Origin: a virus
Reading direction: 5' to 3' (one strand)
Length of the DNA: 64,000 bases
IMG/VR virus record: IMGVR_UViG_3300045988_051499
A program made the position numbers and the translations under genes. Shown here piece after piece: positions 56,744 through 64,000 of the stretch; the stretch's first letter is position 1, and each line of letters opens with the position of its first letter. Below the pieces are notes generated by a model. The model did no database searches. It had not been told where the DNA came from and saw only the letters and a list, made by a program, of their open reading frames with translations.

Positions 56744-57205
56744 TTAGGTTGCTTTTATTTCTTTAGCAACCTTAACCATTTCGTTATATTTCTCTACTAC
56801 CTTATTAAAGTCTTCCTCAGATATTTGAAAAACTTTGTGAGAGTTTCCATACCACTCTTCTTGACCAGGAAGCCACGTTATATTAATATATCTCTTCTTT
56901 TCTAATTCCATATGTACCTTAGATGAATCAATATAAACTGAATAGGCATCCTCTTCGATTCTACTACTTCGTGGATCTGTTGGGTCGGATGTAAGTCTGA
57001 AAAACATTGTTGACATACCATTAAAGTCTATCTTGAAACACTTTCCTATATAGCTTTTAAGTAGTGCTTTATGTCTATTGTCGCTGTCTACCTTCTCTTG
57101 GTGTCTCTTCAGTTCTTCTTCCTTAACATATTCATTATACTCTCTTAGAGTGCTGTCTGGATGCTTATCCAGATATTCTTCTATAGGACTCTTTCTTCCC
57201 CACAT
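56744..57205 (-). CDS. hypothetical protein
   Basis: 153-aa ORF. Confidence 0.35.
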   Translation of the reverse strand: MWGRKSPIEEYLDKHPDSTLREYNEYVKEEELKRHQEKVDSDNRHKALLKSYIGKCFKIDFNGMSTMFFRLTSDPTDPRSSRIEEDAYSVYIDSSKVHMELEKKRYINITWLPGQEEWYGNSHKVFQISEEDFNKVVEKYNEMVKVAKEIKAT

Positions 57206-57206
57206 A

Positions 57207-57623
57207 TTATACTACTTTAAGATGGCAATAAATACTAAATTCTGGAATTGGAATCCAAGTTGCAATACCATTGCTATCTACTGGTTTACCCTTGTTGATT
57301 GTACAAATAGTGATATGAGGTTTAGCATTTGCACAAGGCAGATATTGGTCTCCCAATTCTACTCCAAAAGCTATTGCTTTCTCAGAAATCCCTATTTTGT
57401 TTACAATTAATCGAAAATTACCATCTATACGATATTGTAGGTCATTAGCCATCTTTTCTTCATGTTGATTTTTATGGAGAAGAGTGCAATGATCTAAATA
57501 AATAGTACTTCCTCTTTGGAACACCAGATTGCAAATGATGGGATTTCCAATGATAACTTGCATAAGTTTGTTTCTAGTTGGTTCATCTAAGAACAATCCA
57601 AAATACTGATAATTCATACTCAA
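57207..57623 (-). CDS. hypothetical protein
   Basis: 138-aa ORF, TTG start. Confidence 0.35.
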   Translation of the reverse strand: MSMNYQYFGLFLDEPTRNKLMQVIIGNPIICNLVFQRGSTIYLDHCTLLHKNQHEEKMANDLQYRIDGNFRLIVNKIGISEKAIAFGVELGDQYLPCANAKPHITICTINKGKPVDSNGIATWIPIPEFSIYCHLKVV

Positions 57624-57638
57624 AAATTTAAATATTTG

Positions 57639-57711
57639 TTGGGAGTGCCAGATTCGAACTGACGACCTCTGGGCTATGCACCCAGCGAGCTGACCACTGC
57701 TCTAACTCCCA
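57639..57711 (-). tRNA. tRNA-Met/Ile(CAT) with unusual anticodon loop
   Basis: perfect acceptor TGGGAGT/ACTCCCA, D arm GAGC-AGTGGTCA-GCTC, anticodon stem CTGGG/CCCAG (three G-C pairs as in initiators but 1-72 is paired), loop TGCATAG has G at position 33. Confidence 0.55.
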
Positions 57712-57771
57712 TAGATTAATACATTGTCCTAGGCTATACCAATCTATACTATCTATCTTCCGATAAACAGA

Positions 57772-57815
57772 TGTGGACCTAGAGGGCTTTGAACCCCCGA
57801 CCTTCTGATTATGAG
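57772..57815 (-). other. tRNA 3'-half-like element (anticodon loop CTCATAA to acceptor 3' strand)
   Basis: minus strand CTCATAA-TCAGA-AGGTC-GGGGG-TTCAAAG-CCCTC-TAGGTCC-A-CA; overlaps the stop codon of the HNH gene; last 10 nt identical to the tmRNA 3' end. Confidence 0.45.
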
Positions 57816-58357
57816 TCTTTCTTTCTTATTCCTTGAATAATTCTACGAGTTAATCCAAAATGTTGCGCAACTTTCTCCCAATTCTTAAGTATTTCATACT
57901 GCTCATTTACTTCTTCTAGAGAGGGGTAATGTTTATCAGCATCTCTGCATTCCTTAGAACAGTATATCTTACCCTTAGATTTAGGAAATCTTTTGCCGCA
58001 TACTGGGCATACAGACCCAGTCATATTTTCAAAAGACGTTTTATCTTTAGCTTCAGTATTAACTAAATCCTCTACTTCGTCCATTCCCAAGTGAGGATTA
58101 TGTACTTCTCTATGACAATTAGCGCATAGAAGTTGACATTTATCTACTTCCTCTTTAAGCCTTTCTAGACTTGTATTAGATAAATGTCTCATATCTAACT
58201 GAAACTCTTTCTCATCTGGATTGATATGGTGAAATTCTAGAACAGCTATGTTTCTATCATAGCCACATAGTTCACATTTACCACCACGAGATTTTATTAG
58301 CTCTAATTTGCGCTTTAAACCTCTTAACTTTTGTGTATTATAATCATTGTAATTCAT
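57809..58357 (-). CDS. HNH homing endonuclease
   Basis: CELCGYDRNIAVLEFHHINP...CANCHREVHN HNH motif; track ORF (57809..58465, TTG) trimmed to first ATG (MNYNDYNTQK) because the upstream part overlaps a tRNA-like structure. Confidence 0.6.
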   Translation of the reverse strand: MNYNDYNTQKLRGLKRKLELIKSRGGKCELCGYDRNIAVLEFHHINPDEKEFQLDMRHLSNTSLERLKEEVDKCQLLCANCHREVHNPHLGMDEVEDLVNTEAKDKTSFENMTGSVCPVCGKRFPKSKGKIYCSKECRDADKHYPSLEEVNEQYEILKNWEKVAQHFGLTRRIIQGIRKKDS

Positions 58358-58430
58358 ATACAAATATATATGAAAATAATCATAATACCAAATGTTTTGG
58401 TGCAAAATTAAAAATTCAATCCAGAAGTTG

Positions 58431-58507
58431 TAGGGACGGTGGGGTTTGAACCCACGTGCGACCAACTACCCTTTCTACAAGGTATAAGCTTGAGGGGATA
58501 CGTCCCT
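58431..58507 (-). other. tRNA-like element lacking a D arm (acceptor plus T arm minihelix with internal hairpin)
   Basis: perfect 7-bp acceptor AGGGACG/CGTCCCT, T arm GTGGG-TTCAAAC-CCCAC, A73; internal hairpin CCCT-CAAG-CTTATAC-CTTG-..-AGGG with a 7-nt anticodon-like loop; no D stem can be formed. Confidence 0.35.
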
Positions 58508-58525
58508 ATCTGACTCATAATTAGT

Positions 58526-58553
58526 TGCTCTGACCTGGCTGAGCTATAGGTCC
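58526..58553 (-). other. tRNA 5'-half-like element (acceptor 5' strand plus D arm)
   Basis: GGACCTA-TA-GCTC-AGCCAGGTCA-GAGC-A; acceptor strand perfectly complementary over 7 nt to TAGGTCC of the 3'-half element at 57775..57781, about 720 nt away on the other side of the HNH gene. Confidence 0.4.
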
Positions 58554-58631
58554 GATTTAGTCTCACTATCGTAGGACTATAAGCTCCCAACGTCCGACTG
58601 GCTACGGAAGGTTATTTACCGGTCTAATAAC

Positions 58632-58904
58632 CTATTCTACTGTTAGTTCCTGTTCGCAGACATATTCAACTAGCAATTCATCATTACCAAATACCATAAT
58701 CTGCAATACCACAATTTCCGGCCCATCCTTACTTAGTCTTGGTCTACTAGAGAATGCATATTCTGACATAGGAGACCTAGAATGAAATCTTACGAATTTA
58801 CTTCTAGGATGAGACCTCTGGATTATTCCGCTACTGGGAGTATTTAGAGATACTTTACTAGTTATCTCCCCAATATTGAAAGAAGTTACGTTAAGCATAA
58901 GCAC
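58632..58904 (-). CDS. hypothetical protein
   Basis: 90-aa ORF. Confidence 0.3.
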   Translation of the reverse strand: MLMLNVTSFNIGEITSKVSLNTPSSGIIQRSHPRSKFVRFHSRSPMSEYAFSSRPRLSKDGPEIVVLQIMVFGNDELLVEYVCEQELTVE

Positions 58905-59100
58905 TTATTGATTGACATTTAAATATTATAGTTTTACCAATAATATCATCAGGCTTTATATTAAACTTAGAAAACTCCTCAACCAGCTCATTCATATCTT
59001 CTACAGAATATGTCTCTCCAATAACTCTCATATTATCTAGAGAAGTTTGGAAATTCTTTAGTAGTTCTGTAAGTAAACAGCTATTAATTATCACTTTCAT
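58891..59100 (-). CDS. hypothetical protein
   Basis: 69-aa ORF. Confidence 0.3.
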   Translation of the reverse strand: MKVIINSCLLTELLKNFQTSLDNMRVIGETYSVEDMNELVEEFSKFNIKPDDIIGKTIIFKCQSISAYA

Positions 59101-59101
59101 T

Positions 59102-59260
59102 TTACTATGATTTGCTCTTCAGGTTTTAACTTAGCTGGAGCATCAGAGTGTAATTTACCACATCTTACACACCAACAAACTCCAAATGAATTTTCTCTCA
59201 CTTTACATCTGCCTTTCTCACAGATTTTAACTACTTTTCTGTAATTCTCCTTATCCATAA
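59102..59260 (-). CDS. hypothetical Cys-rich small protein
   Basis: 52-aa ORF below the track threshold; Cys-rich zinc-ribbon-like sequence (CEKGRCKV...CWCVRCGKLH). Confidence 0.25.
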
Positions 59261-59419
59261 TTATATAATTTAGAAATACAGCCTTACTACCCCTATGTTC
59301 CTAGTTATTCTTTAGCTAGCTTTAGATTATTACTAGGTAATACCGCAACGGATTTATTCAGCTGACTTTACCGCCTCTTGGTATGCAAGGCTAGGTCTCC
59401 CTAGCGAAGCTGTATTTAG

Positions 59420-59491
59420 TTGGGCTACCAGGACTCGAACCTGGACTCTCAGAACCAAAATCTGATGTGACTACCATTACACCATAGCCCA
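59420..59491 (-). tRNA. tRNA-Gln(TTG)
   Basis: perfect acceptor TGGGCTA/TAGCCCA, anticodon arm TCAGA-TTTTGGT-TCTGA, T arm CCAGG-TTCGAGT-CCTGG. Confidence 0.8.
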
Positions 59492-59554
59492 GTTTAGCTT
59501 AACTATTCTCTCGAACCGTTAAGCCCATATTTACCATGAAAAACACACAATGCG

Positions 59555-59631
59555 TGGGACGAGGCAGGATCGAACTGCCGCTATCGTCCTGGATTTTCAG
59601 TCCAGCGCTCTACCTACTGAGCTATCGTCCC
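59555..59631 (-). tRNA. tRNA-Phe(GAA)
   Basis: perfect acceptor GGGACGA/TCGTCCC, D arm GCTC-AGTAGGTA-GAGC, anticodon arm CTGGA-CTGAAAA-TCCAG, 9-nt variable region, T arm GGCAG-TTCGATC-CTGCC. Confidence 0.8.
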
Positions 59632-59637
59632 ATGTAA

Positions 59638-59877
59638 TTAGATACTCAAATCTAATACTTTTTTGTTCCACCAGTTAGTTAAATCTTGTAAAGAAAACTT
59701 AAATTCTTCCTCAAATTTTTCTACCGGAACAGTTTCATCTCCTAATTCTATTGCCCATCTCCAGCAAGCTTCTGTTTCAGCTACGTCAATAGGCTCTTCC
59801 ATTAACCAAGTATCATCCATAAGCATATCAAGAAATGACTTATGAAGAGACTTAAAGATTTCAATTCTTTCTTCCAT
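59638..59877 (-). CDS. hypothetical protein
   Basis: 79-aa acidic ORF. Confidence 0.35.
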   Translation of the reverse strand: MEERIEIFKSLHKSFLDMLMDDTWLMEEPIDVAETEACWRWAIELGDETVPVEKFEEEFKFSLQDLTNWWNKKVLDLSI

Positions 59878-59893
59878 AACAAATTTTATTAAG

Positions 59894-59978
59894 CGGAGGT
59901 AGCTGGATTCGAACCAGCGGGACCCGAAGGCCCTCCGTCTTAGCAGGACGGTGGTTTAAGCCACTCACCCATACCTCC
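59894..59978 (-). tRNA. tRNA-Ser(GCT)
   Basis: perfect acceptor GGAGGTA/TACCTCC, G73, anticodon arm CCGTC-CTGCTAA-GACGG, long variable arm AGGGCCTTCGGGTCCC, T arm GCTGG-TTCGAAT-CCAGC. Confidence 0.85.
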
Positions 59979-60040
59979 AAATTGCGAAGGGGCTTTTGTT
60001 ATACTTTACTATTGAAATTGTAAAGCCCCTTCGCTGTGAA

Positions 60041-62014
60041 TTACTTCACTTCTTCAAACTCAGTTGTTTCAGCTTTCTTCTCCTCCAACTCTTTCTTGCC
60101 GAGAACACTTTTCAGTGTATCAGCGAAAGGTATAGAGCGAAGCAAGTCGAACGCAGGATTCAAGTTCTCAGCAGTTTTAGCCATGAAGTTACCAGCGGTA
60201 TTCTCGTTACCATAAACAGTAACCTGTCCAAGGTGAACGTGTTCAAACATCTGAGCAGATGCTTCTGCAATACCTGTCAACTGGTCAACTGTCTTGTACT
60301 GAACCACCATTTCAGGAGTCAAGCCAGATTCAATCATCTTCTGGACTGCCAGAGCAGGAGCCATTTCAATAGCCTGGACTTTATCAGCCTCAGCCATCAA
60401 AGATGCTCTCTTACCCTCAGCTTCAGCAAGCAGTTTCTTTCTTGTACCTTCAGCTTCGGCTTCTAGCTGCAACTTTGTAGCATTCGCTTTAGCTTCTGCT
60501 TCTTTCAGAATTTCAGCAGCCTTAGCTTCTGCTTCAAGTACAGCTTTCTGCTTAACAGCTTCTGCTTCAATCGTGATACGTTCCTTCTCCTTTTGAGCAG
60601 GAACAATCGTCTCAGCATGAAGCTTAGCTTCCATAGCCAATGCAGCTGCTTCGTTTACTTCCAGTTGCTTTTCTTGCTTAGTTTTCTCGATAGTCATTTG
60701 AGCTTCTACCTTAGAAGTTCCTGCTACCTTTTCAGCTTCAGCCTTAGCTTTCTCGGCCTCTCCCTTAGCTTTAGAGACTTCAATTGTGGCATTTTGTTCT
60801 GCCACTCCTGCAATCTTATCAGCTTCAGCTGCCTTTACACGCTTGTCTGACTCATACTTAGCAACTGCAGCTTCCTGTTCGTTAATTGCCTTTTGCGTCT
60901 CAGCTTCCTGTTTTTGTTTAGCCTGAGCAATACGAGTTTGTTTCTCTGCTTCTGCTTCTGCTTTCTTAGAGTCAGCTTCTGCTTTAGCCTTAGCTACATT
61001 AGCCTCAGCCAGTGATTCAGACTCTGCTCTGTTAGAATCGGCTTCTGCTTGAGCTTTAGCTATAGCTGAAATTTTCTCAGCTTCTGCTTTAGCTTTCTCT
61101 GATTCCGCTGCAGTATTAGCTTTAGCAATATTGGCAGCTTGTTCAGCTTTCTGATTAGCAATACCTGATTGCTTATTCTTCTCAGCTTCTGCAAGTTTGA
61201 TTTCCTTCTCCTGGTTAATCTCTGCCACACGAACCTCTTGCTCTTGTCTAGTCTGAGCAACAGTAGTTTCACGCTCTTTCTCAGCGTCTGCTACAGCAAT
61301 TTCACGTTGCTTGTTGGTTTCTGCAATCTGAATATCTCCTTTCTTTTTCTCTTCTGCAATGTCAGCCTGTGCCTGAGCAAGAGCTTTAGTTGCAGCTTTC
61401 TGACCTAGATTCTTGATATAGTTTGCATCATCCGAAATATCGGCATTGTTAATGTTGATAATACTGAAACCTACCTTATTCAACTCGGTCTCAATATTCT
61501 CCTTAGCTTTGCCGATAAACTTGATTCTGTCAGCGTTAATTTCCTCAATCGTCATCGTAGCCATCAAGCTTCTCACTTCACCAATGAGAATATCCTTGAT
61601 TTGGTCTGAGATTTCAGAAGTTTTAGCTGTTAAGAATCTACTTGCAGCGTTTTGCATTAATGTTTGAGTAGTTCCAATACCAGTGGTCAATGTTACAGGA
61701 ATAGTTACCTTAATCATTTGACTGGAAACACCAGTAACATTTACTTGAATTTGGATAGGTTTCAAGGACATTTTAGCCCAGTCTTGAATGACAGGCATTA
61801 CGAATGTACCTCCGCCGTGGATGATTTTAGACGGCAGTATAACTTCCTCCGTTTTACCAGTCTTCTCGTTAACTACCTTCTTCTTTCCTGCCTTACCAAA
61901 TACTACCAGGATTTCATCACTAGCACACTTACGATACCGAGACAAAAGTCCGATAAAAGTTACAACTACTAAGAGTACAATAACACCCGCTACAATAAGA
62001 GTTTCTGTTGTCAT
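60041..62014 (-). CDS. SPFH/band-7 (flotillin/YqiK-like) membrane protein with long Ala/Glu/Lys coiled-coil
   Basis: N-terminal TM helix, SPFH domain, then about 350 aa of EAEAKA-type repeats. Confidence 0.65.
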   Translation of the reverse strand: MTTETLIVAGVIVLLVVVTFIGLLSRYRKCASDEILVVFGKAGKKKVVNEKTGKTEEVILPSKIIHGGGTFVMPVIQDWAKMSLKPIQIQVNVTGVSSQMIKVTIPVTLTTGIGTTQTLMQNAASRFLTAKTSEISDQIKDILIGEVRSLMATMTIEEINADRIKFIGKAKENIETELNKVGFSIININNADISDDANYIKNLGQKAATKALAQAQADIAEEKKKGDIQIAETNKQREIAVADAEKERETTVAQTRQEQEVRVAEINQEKEIKLAEAEKNKQSGIANQKAEQAANIAKANTAAESEKAKAEAEKISAIAKAQAEADSNRAESESLAEANVAKAKAEADSKKAEAEAEKQTRIAQAKQKQEAETQKAINEQEAAVAKYESDKRVKAAEADKIAGVAEQNATIEVSKAKGEAEKAKAEAEKVAGTSKVEAQMTIEKTKQEKQLEVNEAAALAMEAKLHAETIVPAQKEKERITIEAEAVKQKAVLEAEAKAAEILKEAEAKANATKLQLEAEAEGTRKKLLAEAEGKRASLMAEADKVQAIEMAPALAVQKMIESGLTPEMVVQYKTVDQLTGIAEASAQMFEHVHLGQVTVYGNENTAGNFMAKTAENLNPAFDLLRSIPFADTLKSVLGKKELEEKKAETTEFEEVK

Positions 62015-62029
62015 CTTTAAAAATTCTTT

Positions 62030-62557
62030 TTAGTTAAAATAATACTTTCCATTCTCAAATTTTGAAATTCTCACTTTGTCCCCGTTTTTATACGTCTTAT
62101 GCTCTTCTTCAGCATAAGCTGACAATTCTTGAAGCATTCCATTTATCTCAACTAAGATAACAGAACTACCACCAGAAATATCATTAGGGATAGTGATTGT
62201 TCCAATTCTCCCAACTAAGGCTTCACCCTTTTCAGGAATAACTTGATGTTGGAGTTTTAAACAAAGTTTATATAAGTAGTAAAGTATAACCACAAAAAGA
62301 ATACCGCATATTAATGCGATTAAATAATCGTACCATTCTATAGAATGAGAAACGGAATGCTTAATACAAAGCCATCCACTTGCTCCCATTACAAAATGTA
62401 CTAGTCCTTTAAAAGAGACAATATCACTCACATCCATGTCCAATTCTCCATCTAAATCTACATCTAAGTCAGTGTCGCCACCAAACCAAGAGAGTATGAA
62501 CTGAACAATAAAAATGCCATACGAAATGGCTGCTAAGAGATAATAAGTTTCGCTCAT
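62030..62557 (-). CDS. NfeD-like membrane protein (SPFH partner)
   Basis: three TM helices then C-terminal OB-fold-like beta segment GTITIPNDISGGSSVILVEINGMLQELSAY; adjacent to SPFH gene, the usual NfeD arrangement. Confidence 0.45.
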   Translation of the reverse strand: MSETYYLLAAISYGIFIVQFILSWFGGDTDLDVDLDGELDMDVSDIVSFKGLVHFVMGASGWLCIKHSVSHSIEWYDYLIALICGILFVVILYYLYKLCLKLQHQVIPEKGEALVGRIGTITIPNDISGGSSVILVEINGMLQELSAYAEEEHKTYKNGDKVRISKFENGKYYFN

Positions 62558-62772
62558 TGTAATTTACATAACCCTCCTTGAGTCGTATTATGAAGTACGT
62601 AATACACTCTCCCAGGAACGGAGACTCTATAGACATTCATGTGACTATTAGGGTCGGTATATACCTTTATAACCGAAAAATGATTTCGGTCTTCCCTAGA
62701 AGTAAACGAACAACAGACTGCCGTAACTATTGCTACAACAGCCATCATACAAATTAATCTAATTCTCTTCAT
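62554..62772 (-). CDS. hypothetical small secreted/membrane protein
   Basis: 72 aa with N-terminal hydrophobic segment. Confidence 0.3.
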   Translation of the reverse strand: MKRIRLICMMAVVAIVTAVCCSFTSREDRNHFSVIKVYTDPNSHMNVYRVSVPGRVYYVLHNTTQGGLCKLQ

Positions 62773-62795
62773 AAGTTTTTAGTTATTGATATTTG

Positions 62796-62868
62796 CATAG
62801 GATAAAGGATTCGAACCCTTACCTTCGGTTTTGGAGACCGACGTGCTAACCGTTAACACCAATCCTAT
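62796..62868 (-). tRNA. tRNA-Trp(CCA)
   Basis: perfect acceptor ATAGGAT/ATCCTAT, anticodon arm TCGGT-CTCCAAA-ACCGA, T arm AAGGG-TTCGAAT-CCTTT. Confidence 0.8.
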
Positions 62869-62877
62869 AGTTAATTG

Positions 62878-62966
62878 CGGAAGGACAGGGATTCGAACCC
62901 TGGGGACGTTTTACCGCCCGACGGTTTTCAAGACCGTTGCATTAAACCTGACTCTGCCACCCTTCC
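62878..62966 (-). tRNA. tRNA-Ser(TGA)
   Basis: acceptor GGAAGGG/TCCTTCC, G73, anticodon arm ACGGT-CTTGAAA-ACCGT, long variable arm CGGGCGGTAAAACGTCCC, T arm CAGGG-TTCGAAT-CCCTG. Confidence 0.85.
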
Positions 62967-63062
62967 AAAGGGCTAACCAATTAGTTAGCCTAACATACAT
63001 CCAAGAAGCAATAATACACAGAATATAGCTAGAATACACCAGCCTATAGCCTGGACTGCTCC

Positions 63063-63542
63063 TCAGCCAAATACACAAATCATAGAAGAAATAAAGAATA
63101 CTGCGCCACCGACTACACTTATCCATCCGCCAGCATCTTCATCGTCTTTAGATAGTTTTCCTCTTCCAGTTATTAGTAAAAATAGAGATATTCCTAGCAG
63201 TAGTATACCTATTACGACTCCAGCTATCTCCTTATATAGTAATTTCCATACTACAATAGTTATCGCTGTTTGTCCTAGATTAGATTCAGATATTCTTATA
63301 GCCGAATCTTCAACTGCTTTTAGTGTCTCATTTACTGCAACTCCAATCTCCTTTCCGAGACTTGCATATTCAGATACTTCTTTGATTTCTCCTTTTATAG
63401 CCTTCTCGGTAGTTATTTTCTCGATTTGGGTTCTCGTCTCTCCAGGCAACCTATCATAATCTTCTTGAGATATGGTTATTTGAGAGAATGAGGCTACACT
63501 CATAAAGAGCATAGCCACAATAAGCATTAAAAATTTCTTCAT
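63063..63542 (-). CDS. hypothetical membrane/secreted protein
   Basis: signal peptide and C-terminal TM helices. Confidence 0.35.
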   Translation of the reverse strand: MKKFLMLIVAMLFMSVASFSQITISQEDYDRLPGETRTQIEKITTEKAIKGEIKEVSEYASLGKEIGVAVNETLKAVEDSAIRISESNLGQTAITIVVWKLLYKEIAGVVIGILLLGISLFLLITGRGKLSKDDEDAGGWISVVGGAVFFISSMICVFG

Positions 63543-63799
63543 TTGTTTAGTACTCTTCTTTTAACTATTCCTGTTCCATTGCACATACTACATGATTCGG
63601 TATCACAAAGAGCACCTGGACCTAGTGTAAGGATGCCTAATACAACTCTAGACCCAGCTGACATCTTTACTTGACCAATTCCATCACAATTTGGGCAATA
63701 TATCTCTTCATACTTTATGGTATCAGTTTGATTGTGATTTACTACCTTATCGTGTGTGCATGAGGCAAGCAATAGTAGAATTACAATTAGTCTAGCCAT
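63539..63799 (-). CDS. putative Cys-rich lipoprotein
   Basis: MARLIVILLLLASC lipobox; CPNCDG...CSMCNG. Confidence 0.35.
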   Translation of the reverse strand: MARLIVILLLLASCTHDKVVNHNQTDTIKYEEIYCPNCDGIGQVKMSAGSRVVLGILTLGPGALCDTESCSMCNGTGIVKRRVLNK

Positions 63800-63999
63800 T
63801 CAAATTCTCCTACATTGAAGTGTCTGGCAAAACAAGCTTCGAATACGAGTTTGCCAAACTGAGTTGATACATATTTGGCAATCTCCTCAGATTTGCACGC
63901 AAGCAACCCGACAGCGGAACCGGCCGCGCCGACGCCATAGCCAGAACCGAAACAGCCGAGACCCGCAATGCCGCCACTAACCGCGCGGCCGCCCACCAA
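63787..63999 (-). CDS. glycine-zipper protein (partial; N-terminus may lie beyond the window)
   Basis: Gly/Ala-rich GxxxG repeats; GC-rich codons explain the local GC jump. Confidence 0.3.
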   Translation of the reverse strand: MVGGRAVSGGIAGLGCFGSGYGVGAAGSAVGLLACKSEEIAKYVSTQFGKLVFEACFARHFNVGEFEWLD

Positions 64000-64000
64000 C

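Noticed and set aside
56657-59491. tRNA-Leu(TAG) and tRNA-Gln(TTG) as possible amber suppressors
   Set aside because: Anticodon TAG reads CUA Leu codons and TTG reads CAA Gln codons. A UAG suppressor needs anticodon CTA, which none of the tRNAs in this window has.
60400-61450. Short tandem DNA repeats (gcttctgc, agctttag and similar) suggestive of a repeat array or CRISPR
   Set aside because: They are the coding image of the EAEAKA coiled-coil repeats in the SPFH protein. Periods are irregular with no spacer-repeat architecture. No CRISPR array is present anywhere in the window.
7157-61972. All plus-strand ORFs in the track (7157..7444, 10475..10663, 16167..16391, 18610..19023, 23595..23924, 25754..26068, 27894..28232, 33779..34057, 36879..37190, 55271..55948, 59996..60466, 61169..61972 and others)
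   Set aside because: Each lies antisense inside a longer, motif-bearing minus-strand gene. They are low-complexity or Ser/Leu/Phe-rich translations of AT-rich antisense sequence. Every supported gene in the window is minus-strand.
63890-64000. Abrupt GC-rich final 110 nt, a possible junction with foreign or host DNA
   Set aside because: GGN/GCN codons of a Gly/Ala-rich glycine-zipper ORF on the minus strand explain it. The reading frame is continuous, so this is compositional, not a boundary.

Overview
This AT-rich 64-kb window reads as the early/replication, nucleotide-metabolism and tRNA region of a large virulent phage. It is most consistent with a Bacteroidota-infecting, crAss-like phage; I cannot confirm the taxon without a database. 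Essentially all credible genes lie on the minus strand in a tightly packed array, and the plus-strand ORFs in the track look like antisense artefacts.

Proteins with recognisable motifs:
- Replication and recombination: family-A DNA polymerase with a 3'-5' exonuclease domain, a sigma-70-like factor, an Rnl2-type RNA ligase, an ATP-dependent DNA ligase, a TOPRIM primase, a DnaB-like helicase, a DEAH SF2 helicase, an AAA_24/Sak4-like ATPase, RNase H and an AAA+ ATPase.
- Nucleotide and NAD metabolism: dUTPase, NMN adenylyltransferase, anaerobic ribonucleotide reductase NrdD with its activase NrdG, a Prs-like phosphoribosyl-pyrophosphokinase and NAMPT.
- Phosphatases and hydrolases: a lambda-type Ser/Thr phosphatase, a second metallophosphoesterase and two HAD hydrolases.
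- Membrane and cell-wall proteins: two SPFH (band-7) proteins, one paired with an NfeD-like gene, an OmpA-like protein and a glucosaminidase-type peptidoglycan hydrolase.

Noncoding content, all on the minus strand between about 41.6 and 63.0 kb:
- About 21 tRNA genes.
- A hand-identified tmRNA (ssrA) with canonical 5' and 3' tRNA-like ends, a G3-U70 wobble pair and a 10-codon tag ORF.
- tRNA-like half-molecules flanking an HNH endonuclease gene.
- A second Cys-anticodon tRNA carrying a long class-II-type variable arm.
- Two tRNA 3'-half fragments.

Three homing-endonuclease genes (two HNH, one GIY-YIG) are interleaved with the tRNAs. Two nuclease genes contain an in-frame TAG that appears to be translated through, which hints at amber suppression or TAG recoding, yet no CTA-anticodon tRNA lies in this window.

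All RNA-gene coordinates were derived by hand folding and may be off by 1-2 nt.
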